Source: OCS116 cluster bacterium AG-430-B22
Lineage (GTDB): Bacteria; Pseudomonadota; Alphaproteobacteria; MED-G09
Direction: 5' to 3'
Assembly: GCA_003209955.1 (NCBI GenBank)
Contig: QCOD01000002.1
Coordinates: forward strand, 603-64,602
DNA: 64,000 nucleotides
Notes under the pieces: generated by a model
Told to the model about the DNA's origin: nothing
The model's input: the letters and a program-made list of their open reading frames with translations, nothing else
Databases searched by the model: none
Position numbers and translations under genes: made by a program
Part shown: one piece after another, positions 28,938 to 39,071 of the stretch
Position numbering within the stretch: position 1 is the first letter of the stretch
Layout of the letters: every line of letters starts with the position of its first letter

Positions 28938-30023
28938 ATGGAAAATTTAAATTCTATTAAAAAAGAAATACTTCAAAAAATTAAATCAGCTGAAAGCGAT
29001 GATAATGTTGAAGAAATTCGTATCAGAGAGTTAGGAAAAAAAGGAAGAATTACAAAGCTCCTTAGTGAACTAAGTAAATTAGATCAGGATGAAAGAAAAA
29101 AATTAGGACCTGAAATAAATGGCCTCAAAAACAAAGTCCTCGAAGAAATACAAGAAAAGAAAGAGTTTTTTTTAGACCAAGTACTCAACAAAAAACTCTT
29201 AGAGGAAAAAATTGATGTAACTTTGCCTGTAAAATCCAGCCAAAATACGAATGGAAGAATACATCCAGTTTCTCAAGTTTTAGATGAAATAACAGAAATT
29301 TTTGGTTCACTTGGTTATGAGATTGCTGATGGACCAGATATTGAAACAGAATATTACAATTTTAATGCTCTCAATATTCCTGAATCACATCCAGCAAGAC
29401 AAATGCATGATACTTTTTATTTTGATGAATTTGATAAGGACCAAGGACAATCAGTTTTAAGAACACATACTAGTCCAGTTCAAGTTAGAACCATGGAAAA
29501 AGGAAAACCTCCTTTTAGATTTATATCCCCTGGAAGGACTTATAGATGTGACTCAGATCAAACACATACACCAATGTTTCATCAAATTGAGGGTTTGTCA
29601 GTTGATAAAAAAACTAACCTCGGTCACCTGAAGTGGACGCTAGAAACTTTTTTATCCTCTTTCTTTGAGATTAAAAATACAAAAATTCAGATGAGACCAA
29701 GTTATTTTCCTTTTACTGAACCATCACTAGAAATAGATGTTTTATGTGATAGAAGTGGACCTATTTTGAAAATTGGTGAAGGTTCAGACTGGCTAGAAGT
29801 CGCTGGCGCTGGTATGGTTCACCCTAATGTCTTGAAATCAGCAAATATAGATCCTGACATTTATCAAGGATTTGCTTTTGGTTTTGGTTTAGATCGTTTA
29901 GCACAATTAAAATATGGTATCCCAGATTTAAGAACTTTCTTTAGTGGAGATATCAGATGGCTTAGGCATTACGGTTTCTCAGCCTTAGATATTCCGACAT
30001 TATCTAGAGGATTAAAGAAATGA
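28938..30023 (+). CDS. pheS: Phenylalanyl-tRNA synthetase alpha subunit
   Basis: HPARQMHDTF, LRTHTSPVQ, FHQIEG, YFPFTEPS. Confidence 0.98.
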   Translation: MENLNSIKKEILQKIKSAESDDNVEEIRIRELGKKGRITKLLSELSKLDQDERKKLGPEINGLKNKVLEEIQEKKEFFLDQVLNKKLLEEKIDVTLPVKSSQNTNGRIHPVSQVLDEITEIFGSLGYEIADGPDIETEYYNFNALNIPESHPARQMHDTFYFDEFDKDQGQSVLRTHTSPVQVRTMEKGKPPFRFISPGRTYRCDSDQTHTPMFHQIEGLSVDKKTNLGHLKWTLETFLSSFFEIKNTKIQMRPSYFPFTEPSLEIDVLCDRSGPILKIGEGSDWLEVAGAGMVHPNVLKSANIDPDIYQGFAFGFGLDRLAQLKYGIPDLRTFFSGDIRWLRHYGFSALDIPTLSRGLKK

Positions 30024-32404
30024 AGTTTACTTTATCTTGGCTTAAAGAGCATTTGGAAACTAATTCCTCACTAGATGAAATCACTGAGAATCTAACTGAA
30101 ATTGGCTTGGAAGTGGAAGACATCATCAATCCAGAAAAAGATTTAGAAGATTTTATAGTTGGAAAAATATTAACCTCAGAAAAACACCCTAACGCTGATC
30201 GTCTTCGCATTTGTAAAGTTGATATAGGAAATGAAACAAAAGAAGTAGTTTGTGGCGCTCCAAATGCAAAGGAGGGTTTATTAACAATATATGCTCCTTT
30301 AGGAAGTATAATACCAAAATCTAAGATGGTTATTCAAAAAACTAAAATTAGAGATATCGTATCATACGGAATGCTTTGTTCGGGAGATGAATTAAATATT
30401 GATAATGAAAACGAAGGTATAATTGAGATAAAAAAAGGCAAGGCAGGGGATAAAGCCTCAAAAGTATTAGAGGATCTTGATCCTATAATCGAAATTGCAA
30501 TTACACCAAATAGACCTGATTGTCTTGGTGTTGTTGGTATCGCCAGAGATTTAGCCGCTAAGGGGCTTGGAAAACTTAAAGCAACAAAAATAAATACTTT
30601 TAAAAGTCATGAGGGAAGTATTACTGTTTACACAAAATCTACTAAAAAGAATAACTTCTGTAACATCTTTACAGGTAGACTGATTGAAGGTATTGAAAAT
30701 AAAAAAAGCCCAGACTGGCTGAAAAACCGTTTAGAAAAAATAGGTCTTAGAAGCATTAATACTGTCGTAGATATAACAAATTTTCTGACATATGATCGAG
30801 GAAGACCTCTTCACGCATATAATTCGGATCTGATATCAAAAAATATAGGAGCAAGGCTTGCAAGAGTAGGTGAAAAAATTAAAGCTCTTGATGGTAAAGA
30901 ATATATCTTAGATGAAGAAACATGTGTAATTGCAGACAATGAAAAAGCTCTTGGCATTGGAGGTATAATTGGTGGAGAAGAATTTGGTTCAGAACTAGAC
31001 ACAAAAAATATATTTTTAGAATCTGCGTACTTTGATCCGATTCACATTGCACGAACGGGAAGAAAATTAAATATTAATTCTGATGCAAGATACAGATTTG
31101 AAAGAGGTACCGACCCAAATTTTGTTTTAGAAGGACTGGATATAGCTACAGAAATGATTCTAGATATATGTGGTGGAAAAGCTGGTAAGACAAGTGTTGC
31201 TTTACATGAAGATTTTAAGAATAACGAAATAAATTTCGATATAAAATTAATTGAAAAAATTTCTGGAATAAAAATTTCCTCAAAAGATATAAAAAAAATA
31301 CTTTTGTCGCTTGGTTTTGAGATTGATAAAAATTTTAAGATAACAGTTCCCTCCTGGAGGCCCGATGTTAGTTTACCAATAGATATTGTAGAGGAAGTAA
31401 TCCGAATCTATGGATTAAATAATGTTGAGTCTATTCCACTTAAAAATTCTGACCAACCCTCAAAAGCTATACTTACTAATTCGCAAAAAAATACAAATTT
31501 AATTAGAAGAAACCTTGCTTCAAGAGGATTAATAGAAAATATTTCTTATTCATTTGTTAGTTCTGAGTTTTCTGATTTATCACCTAAGGATAGAAAGCCC
31601 ATACAACTATTAAATCCAATATCTGAAGACTTATCAGATATGAGGGCATCACCATTAATTTCTTTGATAAGTAATTTTCGTGAAAATAAAAATAGAGGAT
31701 TTAATGATTTAGGAATTTATGAAATTGGACCAGGTTTTAATGGACCAAAACCCGGCCAACAAACTTCAATTGCCGCTGGTTTAAGAACCGGAATATATAA
31801 ATCAACGGGCACAGAGAGACATTGGCAAGGTAATGAAAAAGTAGATGTTTTTGATGTGAAAAGTGATGTATTTTCTTATTTTGATCTAATTAATATTACA
31901 AATGATTTAATCACACATAATATTCCTGGGTTAGATTGGTATCATCCCGGAAGATCAGCAAATATAGTTTCTGGAAAAGGAGAAATTTTGGCTTCCTTTG
32001 GTGAAATTCATCCAAAAATCATATCGAACCTTAATATTCCTTCATGTGTAGGGTTCGAAATATACTTAGATACGATGCTAAAATTTATGGATACTCAAAA
32101 TGATATCAAAGAATTTACTTTCTATAATTTACAGGCTGTAAAAAGAGATTTTTCTTTTGATATACCAATTAATATAAACTCATCAACATTAATTGATGCT
32201 ATAAATTCATGTAATATTGATCTTATTGATGATATCAAACTTTTTGATCAATTTATCATAGAAAACTCAAAAAAATCCCTCGCAGTAGAAGTTACTATTC
32301 AACCAAAAAAACAGACTTTAAAGGATAGTGAAATAGACACTATTTGTGAAAAAATAATTAAAGCTATTGAAAAAGCCACAAGTGGAAAACTAAGAAGCTT
32401 ATAG
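30020..32404 (+). CDS. pheT: Phenylalanyl-tRNA synthetase beta subunit
   Basis: MKFTLSWLKEHL, HPNADRL, ITPNRPDC, RFERG. Confidence 0.97.
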   Translation: MKFTLSWLKEHLETNSSLDEITENLTEIGLEVEDIINPEKDLEDFIVGKILTSEKHPNADRLRICKVDIGNETKEVVCGAPNAKEGLLTIYAPLGSIIPKSKMVIQKTKIRDIVSYGMLCSGDELNIDNENEGIIEIKKGKAGDKASKVLEDLDPIIEIAITPNRPDCLGVVGIARDLAAKGLGKLKATKINTFKSHEGSITVYTKSTKKNNFCNIFTGRLIEGIENKKSPDWLKNRLEKIGLRSINTVVDITNFLTYDRGRPLHAYNSDLISKNIGARLARVGEKIKALDGKEYILDEETCVIADNEKALGIGGIIGGEEFGSELDTKNIFLESAYFDPIHIARTGRKLNINSDARYRFERGTDPNFVLEGLDIATEMILDICGGKAGKTSVALHEDFKNNEINFDIKLIEKISGIKISSKDIKKILLSLGFEIDKNFKITVPSWRPDVSLPIDIVEEVIRIYGLNNVESIPLKNSDQPSKAILTNSQKNTNLIRRNLASRGLIENISYSFVSSEFSDLSPKDRKPIQLLNPISEDLSDMRASPLISLISNFRENKNRGFNDLGIYEIGPGFNGPKPGQQTSIAAGLRTGIYKSTGTERHWQGNEKVDVFDVKSDVFSYFDLINITNDLITHNIPGLDWYHPGRSANIVSGKGEILASFGEIHPKIISNLNIPSCVGFEIYLDTMLKFMDTQNDIKEFTFYNLQAVKRDFSFDIPININSSTLIDAINSCNIDLIDDIKLFDQFIIENSKKSLAVEVTIQPKKQTLKDSEIDTICEKIIKAIEKATSGKLRSL

Positions 32405-32417
32405 GGGATAAATAAAA

Positions 32418-34220
32418 GTGCAAAATACTAAGAATATAAGAAATTTTGCAATTATTGCACATATTGATCACGGTAAATCAACCCTCGCTGATAGATTAAT
32501 ACAATTCTGCGGTGGTTTGTCCGAAAGAGAAATGAAAGATCAGGTCTTAGACTCCATGGATATTGAGAGAGAAAGAGGCATTACAATCAAAGCTCAAACA
32601 GTTAGGTTAAATTATAAAGATAATAATTCTAACGAGTATCAATTGAATCTTATCGATACACCTGGCCATGTTGATTTTTCATATGAAGTTAATAGATCTT
32701 TATCGGCTTGTGAAGGCTCAATTCTTGTAGTGGATGCTGCTCAAGGTGTAGAGGCTCAAACATTAGCAAATGTTTATCAAGCTATTGACCTAAATCATGA
32801 AATTATTCCTGTAATCAATAAAATAGATCTACCTGCTGCTGAACCAGATAGAGTTTGCCGCCAAATTGAGGAAGTAATAGGACTTGATGCTAGTGATGCA
32901 ATTAAAGTTTCTGCTAAAACTGGTGAGGGTATAGAAGATATATTTGATGCTCTAATTGAAAGACTGCCTCAACCAAAAGAAGATACATCGGAAACTTCTA
33001 AGGCATTGCTTGTTGATAGCTGGTATGATTCTTATCTTGGAGTTGTAGTTCTTGTGAGAGTTATTGCAGGGGCATTATCAAAAGGACAAAAAATAAAAAT
33101 GCTGGGAACTAATAGCTCCTATACAATTGATGAAGTTGGTATTTTTACACCTAAAAAAGTTCCTCTTAAAACAATACAAGCAGGTGAGATTGGATATATA
33201 ATTGCAGGAATAAAAAATGTTTCTGATACACAAATTGGAGACACAATTACTGATTTTCAAAAGCCATGTAAAGATGCTCTTAAAGGCTTCAGACCATCTC
33301 AACCATCAGTTTTTTGCGGCTTATTTCCTACTGATAGTGGAGACTTTGAGGATCTTAGGGACTCCATAGAAAAACTTAGCCTTAATGATTCAAGCTTCCA
33401 GTATGAAACAGAAAATTCTGCAGCTTTAGGGTTTGGATTCCGATGTGGTTTTCTCGGTCTACTACATCTGGAAATAGTTAGAGAAAGAATAGAAAGGGAA
33501 TTTAATATAGATTTAATAACGACTGCTCCATCAGTTATATATAAAATTCATTTAACTAACGGTGATGTAATTGAACTTCATAATCCAGCAGATATGCCCG
33601 AAGTAACTAACATTAAGACTATTGAAGAACCTTGGATAAAAGCGACTATATTAGTTCCTGATGAGTACTTAGGTGCAGTTCTAAAATTATGCGAAGAACG
33701 TAGAGGTCATCAAGTTGACCTAACATATGCAGGCACAAGAGCAATGGTCGTTTATGATTTACCTCTAAATGAAGTTGTTTTCGACTTTTATGATAGACTA
33801 AAATCAGTATCAAGTGGTTACGCAAGCTTTGATTGGCAAATGGAAGATTATAAACCAGAAAAGCTAGTTAAAATGTCAGTTTTAGTTAATGAGGAGTCTG
33901 TTGATGCTTTATCTGTAATAGTTCATGCGGATAGGTCATTTAACAGAGGCAGAACAATGTGTAAAAAATTAAAAGATCTTATACCTCGTCATCAATTTAA
34001 AATTCCAGTGCAGGCAGCTATTGGTGGTAAAATAATAGCGAGAGAAACAATACCTCCTTTTAGAAAGGATGTGACCGCCAAATTATATGGTGGAGATGTA
34101 ACACGAAAGATGAAATTACTAGAGAAACAAAAAAAAGGTAAAAAGAAAATGCGAGAATTTGGCCAGGTTAATATTCCGCAAGAAGCATTTATTTCAGCTC
34201 TAAAGTTTGATGATGAATAA
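32418..34220 (+). CDS. lepA: Elongation factor 4 (LepA)
   Basis: [35 protein letters not shown] start. Confidence 0.98.
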   Translation: MQNTKNIRNFAIIAHIDHGKSTLADRLIQFCGGLSEREMKDQVLDSMDIERERGITIKAQTVRLNYKDNNSNEYQLNLIDTPGHVDFSYEVNRSLSACEGSILVVDAAQGVEAQTLANVYQAIDLNHEIIPVINKIDLPAAEPDRVCRQIEEVIGLDASDAIKVSAKTGEGIEDIFDALIERLPQPKEDTSETSKALLVDSWYDSYLGVVVLVRVIAGALSKGQKIKMLGTNSSYTIDEVGIFTPKKVPLKTIQAGEIGYIIAGIKNVSDTQIGDTITDFQKPCKDALKGFRPSQPSVFCGLFPTDSGDFEDLRDSIEKLSLNDSSFQYETENSAALGFGFRCGFLGLLHLEIVRERIEREFNIDLITTAPSVIYKIHLTNGDVIELHNPADMPEVTNIKTIEEPWIKATILVPDEYLGAVLKLCEERRGHQVDLTYAGTRAMVVYDLPLNEVVFDFYDRLKSVSSGYASFDWQMEDYKPEKLVKMSVLVNEESVDALSVIVHADRSFNRGRTMCKKLKDLIPRHQFKIPVQAAIGGKIIARETIPPFRKDVTAKLYGGDVTRKMKLLEKQKKGKKKMREFGQVNIPQEAFISALKFDDE

Positions 34221-34234
34221 ACATATAAATTATT

Positions 34235-34324
34235 GGAGAGGTGGCCGAGCGGTCGAAGGCGCACGCTTGGAAAGCGTGTAGGCGAGTAATCGTCTCGCGG
34301 GTTCGAATCCCGCTCTCTCCGCCA
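34235..34324 (+). tRNA. tRNA-Ser(GGA)
   Basis: Acceptor stem GGAGAGG/CTCTCC-G-CCA, anticodon arm CACGC-TTGGAAA-GCGTG, long variable arm, GTTCGAATCC T-loop, encoded CCA. Confidence 0.97.
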
Positions 34325-34407
34325 ATTTTTACTTGATATAGGTGAATTTTTAAGTAATATTCTCGAAACAATATTAATTGATTCTATTTTCTCTGGGGAG
34401 GACAAAT

Positions 34408-36675
34408 ATGAAAAAAATATCTAGTTTATTAATAGCAATATTAATTTTTAATACACAACTTTTTGGTCAAGAAATTGAAAATTCAAGTATTGAAGAAATT
34501 ATTGTTACATCACAAAAGCGTGCAAATGCAATTGCTGCACAAGACTTACCTGTTAGTGTTACAGCAATAAGTGAACAACTAATTATAGATTCTGAGTCTT
34601 TAGATTTAACAGATATTGGTCGAATGGTTCCGAATGCAACACTTCATCCTTCAGCGACTTTTGCTGGAACGCCTAATTTTTTAATCAGAGGTATTGGTGT
34701 AAGTGGTACAACAAGATCACTTGATCCAACAGTAGGTATTATTGTAGATGGAGTTTATTTGGGTTTCCCAGTTGGTGCTAATTTAGATATGTTCGATAGA
34801 GAATCTATTGAAATTTTAAGAGGCCCACAAGGTACTCTTCTTGGAAGAAATGTAACTGGTGGCGCAATAGTTGTAAGAACAAAAAGACCTACTGGCGAAT
34901 TTGGAGCCAAAGTAGATGTAACTGTTGGAGATTATAGTAGAAGAGATCTATCATTAAGTGTTGAAGGTCCTATTAGTGACACAGTTTCTGCAAAAATTGC
35001 TGTTATGTCTAGAGAGAGAGATGGATATTGGAAAGACAATAATGGTGGTTCTATGGTTCCTACAGTAGGCGCTATAGCAAGAGGATATGATGAAACTGGC
35101 CAAGGTGAGTCAGGTACAAAACCTGATGTTGATCTAACAATCATAAGACCAATGTTATTAATTCAGCCTTCAGAGAATTTAGATATAACTTTTATTGGTG
35201 AATTCTTATCTGATAAGAGTGGTACAGCAAATAGTAGAAATTTTGTCAATAATGATGCCCTTAGAAGAACACAACTATTTGGATATACTCCTCCAGAAGA
35301 TCGATATGAAATTAATCATAATTTAATGGGTGGTAATGACCTTGAAATTGATACTTTTATTGGTGAGTTTAATTTACAAACTGACTCAGGTATATTGACT
35401 GGTATTGCCTCATATCGTGAATTAACATACGACTCAAGTACAGATTTTGATGGATCACCAATTACTCTTTTCCATTTCCCTAATAACCATGAAGAGCAAG
35501 AACAACAGACATTTGAGTTAAGATATGCTGGTTCATACTCAGAAAATATAGATTATGTTTTAGGGGTTAGTTATTTTGAACAAGAAATGTTCGTTGGAGA
35601 AAGAAGAGATTTTGGTGTAGCAGATATTGCAGGTGTTACTGAGCTATCCCACGATAGTATTGGTATATTCGCTGAACTAGACTACTTAATTAACGATAAA
35701 ACAAAAATTACTCTTGGGGCAAGATGGACAGAAGAATCAAAAGATGTAATTTTTAATGCTATTGGCTCATGTGAAAAAGACTTTAGTTCGTGTTCTGGAC
35801 CATCTTCAGGTTTAATGAGAAGCGGAACATACGATGACACAACGCCAAAAATAGCAGTCACTCACTCATTGAATGAAGATGTAAATATTTATGCTAGCTA
35901 TACACAAGGATTCAGAAGTGGTTCTTTTGACGCTAGAGCAAGAACTATTGACTCTTTCTTGAACAGTCAGCCCGGTCCCGAAGAAGTTACTAGCATTGAA
36001 TTAGGTTTAAAATCGACATTTAATGATGGTAAAGTTCTTTTCAATGTTGCTTTATTTCAAGCAGATTATGATGATATTCAAAAATTAGCACTTGAAGAGT
36101 GTGATGTTAACATTGATACCTGTCCAAGTGGTCGCATACAGAGACTAATAAATGCTGCTAAAGCGACAATTGAAGGCATCGAAATTGAAACTAAATTAAG
36201 TGTAACAGACCAATTCAGCATTGAAGGATCATTAGGTTATACAGATGCGGGTTTTGATGAATTTCTTGGCTTTGATGCTGATGGTGTTAGGGGATACGAT
36301 CCTGTTACCGATCCAATAGCAGCAGCAGCACTTAAATTTGAGAGAGTTCCTGAATTGACATACAATATTATGGCAAATTATTTTCAACCTCTTGCAAATG
36401 GTGCTGAGTTAGATTTCAGAATTTCTTATTCGTATACAGATGACTTCTATAACAATGCGCTTATGACAGAGGCAATTAAAACTGACTCATATGGATTACT
36501 TGATGCAAGTGTTTCATATACCTTTGCACAAAGTGGGCTTAAGTTAACTGTTTTTGGTAAGAATATCACTGATGAAGATTATCATGATTTTGCTTTAGAC
36601 AATGTATTAACCAGCCTTACATGGGGTGGAGTTCCTGATACTTATGGTCTTCGTCTAACATATTCTTTTGATTAA
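34408..36675 (+). CDS. TonB-dependent receptor
   Basis: Signal peptide, TonB box EEIIVTSQKR, IEILRGPQGTLLGRN plug motif, C-terminal YSFD. GGAGG Shine-Dalgarno before ATG 34408. Confidence 0.93.
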   Translation: MKKISSLLIAILIFNTQLFGQEIENSSIEEIIVTSQKRANAIAAQDLPVSVTAISEQLIIDSESLDLTDIGRMVPNATLHPSATFAGTPNFLIRGIGVSGTTRSLDPTVGIIVDGVYLGFPVGANLDMFDRESIEILRGPQGTLLGRNVTGGAIVVRTKRPTGEFGAKVDVTVGDYSRRDLSLSVEGPISDTVSAKIAVMSRERDGYWKDNNGGSMVPTVGAIARGYDETGQGESGTKPDVDLTIIRPMLLIQPSENLDITFIGEFLSDKSGTANSRNFVNNDALRRTQLFGYTPPEDRYEINHNLMGGNDLEIDTFIGEFNLQTDSGILTGIASYRELTYDSSTDFDGSPITLFHFPNNHEEQEQQTFELRYAGSYSENIDYVLGVSYFEQEMFVGERRDFGVADIAGVTELSHDSIGIFAELDYLINDKTKITLGARWTEESKDVIFNAIGSCEKDFSSCSGPSSGLMRSGTYDDTTPKIAVTHSLNEDVNIYASYTQGFRSGSFDARARTIDSFLNSQPGPEEVTSIELGLKSTFNDGKVLFNVALFQADYDDIQKLALEECDVNIDTCPSGRIQRLINAAKATIEGIEIETKLSVTDQFSIEGSLGYTDAGFDEFLGFDADGVRGYDPVTDPIAAAALKFERVPELTYNIMANYFQPLANGAELDFRISYSYTDDFYNNALMTEAIKTDSYGLLDASVSYTFAQSGLKLTVFGKNITDEDYHDFALDNVLTSLTWGGVPDTYGLRLTYSFD

Positions 36676-36681
36676 AAAATT

Positions 36682-36716
36682 TGGATCACCTAATATTTCT
36701 TAGGTGATCCACTTTT
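36682..36716 (+). terminator. Intrinsic terminator after the TBDR gene
   Basis: 12-bp stem TGGATCACCTAA/TTAGGTGATCCA, 6-nt loop, followed by CTTTT. Confidence 0.8.
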
Positions 36717-36815
36717 ACCAATTCTATAAATTTATAATTTAAAAAAATTATTAAATTATTAATTGTTATAACTTCAATTATTAAATAAGATTTAAGATCT
36801 CTAAAGGCCCTAATA

Positions 36816-37472
36816 ATGAGTTTTCTAAAAATACATGATATAGAGAAAATATCAGAATTTTCTAAGCAAGAGTATCAATTGATCGAACTAGAAAGAAAAA
36901 ATATGAGTAATTCTGATTCATTTTTTCGAGAGATAATGCATGAACCTTTTAGAGTTATAGGTAAAATTTCTAAAAAAAATAGTAGCGAAGATATAAAAAA
37001 GATTCTTAGAGATATTATACCTTTAAATTCACAAACAAACTCTTTTTACAAAACATGGGTTTCTGATATGTCAGAAATTTGCCAAATATTTTGTGATACT
37101 CTAAATAGTAAATCAATTAGTTTTTGTCTAGGGACAGAAAGAGGCTGTAGTCGATATCATATTGATAATGTTCCAATGCGTTTACTTGTAACTTACATGG
37201 GTCAAGGCACAGAATGGCTTCCTAATGAAATCGCTAACCGAGTTGCATTTGAAGAAGGGCTTCCTAATGAAAAAATTGTTAAAGATAGTTCAAAAATTAA
37301 ATCAATAAAAACATTTAATGTTGCTATTTTTCGTGGTGGAGCCGCGGGATTATTGCATCGTACTCCAGATTCAGCATTAAAAAATCCATCAATTCTGTTG
37401 CGACTTGATCATGAAAGTTTTTGGGATAATATCCTTAAACAACAAGACAGTAATTTAGCTTTTCAAGTTTAA
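36816..37472 (+). CDS. DUF1826 family protein
   Basis: CSRYHIDNVPMRLLVTYMGQGTEWL, GLLHRTP, RL-type ending. Confidence 0.8.
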   Translation: MSFLKIHDIEKISEFSKQEYQLIELERKNMSNSDSFFREIMHEPFRVIGKISKKNSSEDIKKILRDIIPLNSQTNSFYKTWVSDMSEICQIFCDTLNSKSISFCLGTERGCSRYHIDNVPMRLLVTYMGQGTEWLPNEIANRVAFEEGLPNEKIVKDSSKIKSIKTFNVAIFRGGAAGLLHRTPDSALKNPSILLRLDHESFWDNILKQQDSNLAFQV

Positions 37473-38923
37473 GTACCACAAAAAGTTTGTAATACTTTTT
37501 CATTATCATTTGGTGGCATAAAGTATTCATCAGCTATATTTATTTGAGAGTCGTAAGGATTTTTCAAAATTTTTATATATTCTTTAATTGTTCTTAAATC
37601 ACCCTCTTCAGCCTTTTTTAAAGCTCTTTCAACTAAATGATTTCTAGGAATAATTTTTGGATTATTAGTCTCCATAATCTTTCTCATATCTTCAAAACTT
37701 TTTGACTCTTTTTCTAATCTTACTTTCCATTTTTTATACCAAAACAAAAATTCATCAGTTTTAAATAATTCTACATCTGGCAAAGTATTTTCACTTAATA
37801 AACTAAATGTATTTGTAAAATCAGCTTTATGTTTTTGCATAATATCTAACAATTCACTTATTAAACTTTTATCTTCATTTTCTTTAGCTATTAATCCTAT
37901 TTTCAATCTCATCATATTAAGCCATTTACTTTGGTATAAATCTGCAAAGGTATTTATAGCCTCTTCAGCCAATTTCAGAGAATTTTCATGTTTATCACTT
38001 AATAAAGGTAATATTGTTTCAGCTAATCTAGCTAAATTCCATTGAGTAATTATAGGTTGATTGGCAAAAGAATATCTTCCTTGATGATCAATAGAACTAA
38101 ATACGGTCAAAGGATCATAATGATCCATAAATGCACAAGGACCATAATCAATTGTCTCGCCAGATAATGCAACATTATCAGTATTCATTACCCCGTGAAT
38201 AAAGCCTACTCTCATCCAATTAGTAATCAAATCTGCCTGCTGCTCAATTATTGCATACAAAAAATCAAGTGCTTTATTTTTAGACTCTATAAGATTTGGA
38301 AAATGTCTTTCTATTGTGTAATTAAAAAGTTTATTTACCAAATCTTTATCTTCTTGAATAACAGCAAACTGAAATGTTCCAACACGAATATGTGATTTCG
38401 AAATCCTAGTTAATATTGCGCCTGGATATTTTTGTTCTCGGACAACATTTTCTCCAGTTTCAACTACTGCAAGACTTCTACATGTGGAAATATTAAGATA
38501 ATGCATAGCTTCACTAATAATATACTCTCTCATCATTGGTCCAATTGCAGCTAATCCATCACCACTTCGAGAGTAAGGTGTTGGACCTGATCCTTTGAAC
38601 TGAATATCAAATCTTTTATCGCCTAACACATGCTCGCCTAATAGAATTGCTCTTCCATCTCCCAAAATTGTAAAATGGCCAAATTGGTGGCCAGCATAAG
38701 CTTGTGCAATAAGGGAGGATCCTTCTGGAATTATATTTCCACTGAGTAAGTTTGATATTTCTTCAGGTTTAAGTGTCGAAAAATTAAATCCTAACTCAGT
38801 ACAAAGGTCATCGTTGAAAATTGCTAATTTTGGTGATATTACTTTTCTTGGCTTCACATATGAATGAAATTCATCAGGCAAATTCATATAAGTGTTCTCA
38901 AAGTTAAATATATTATTCAGCAA
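37469..38923 (-). CDS. selO: SelO/YdiU protein adenylyltransferase
   Basis: AYAGHQFG, LGDGRA, KGSGPTPYSR, HGVMNTDN, IDYGP, C-terminal FCGT. TTG start. Confidence 0.93.
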   Translation of the reverse strand: MLNNIFNFENTYMNLPDEFHSYVKPRKVISPKLAIFNDDLCTELGFNFSTLKPEEISNLLSGNIIPEGSSLIAQAYAGHQFGHFTILGDGRAILLGEHVLGDKRFDIQFKGSGPTPYSRSGDGLAAIGPMMREYIISEAMHYLNISTCRSLAVVETGENVVREQKYPGAILTRISKSHIRVGTFQFAVIQEDKDLVNKLFNYTIERHFPNLIESKNKALDFLYAIIEQQADLITNWMRVGFIHGVMNTDNVALSGETIDYGPCAFMDHYDPLTVFSSIDHQGRYSFANQPIITQWNLARLAETILPLLSDKHENSLKLAEEAINTFADLYQSKWLNMMRLKIGLIAKENEDKSLISELLDIMQKHKADFTNTFSLLSENTLPDVELFKTDEFLFWYKKWKVRLEKESKSFEDMRKIMETNNPKIIPRNHLVERALKKAEEGDLRTIKEYIKILKNPYDSQINIADEYFMPPNDNEKVLQTFCGT

Positions 38924-39071
38924 ATTTAATCCTTTTTTTTAGTTGATACCTTTTACTTCTACATGCCTGTGAACAATAGCGTACCTCATCCCAATTCTTT
39001 TTCCACTTTTTTCTCCAATCAAAAGAAAGATTGCAAATTGGACAAGTTTTATTTGGTAGAGATTTTCTCAT
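38913..39071 (-). CDS. DUF2256 small cysteine-rich protein (52 aa, absent from the ORF track)
   Basis: Translated by hand: MRKSLPNKTCPICNLSFDWRKKWKKNWDEVRYCSQACRSKRYQLKKRIKFAE. Confidence 0.88.
   Translation of the reverse strand: MRKSLPNKTCPICNLSFDWRKKWKKNWDEVRYCSQACRSKRYQLKKRIKFAE

Noticed and set aside
34325-34407. Cobalamin or TPP riboswitch upstream of a TBDR (also checked 46984-47100 and 56190-56494)
   Set aside because: The leaders are short or AT-rich and lack the B12-box or TPP consensus, so none of the receptors can be called BtuB or a thiamine receptor.
37469-37490. Selenocysteine in SelO
   Set aside because: The C-terminus is FCGT followed by TAA, with no in-frame TGA.
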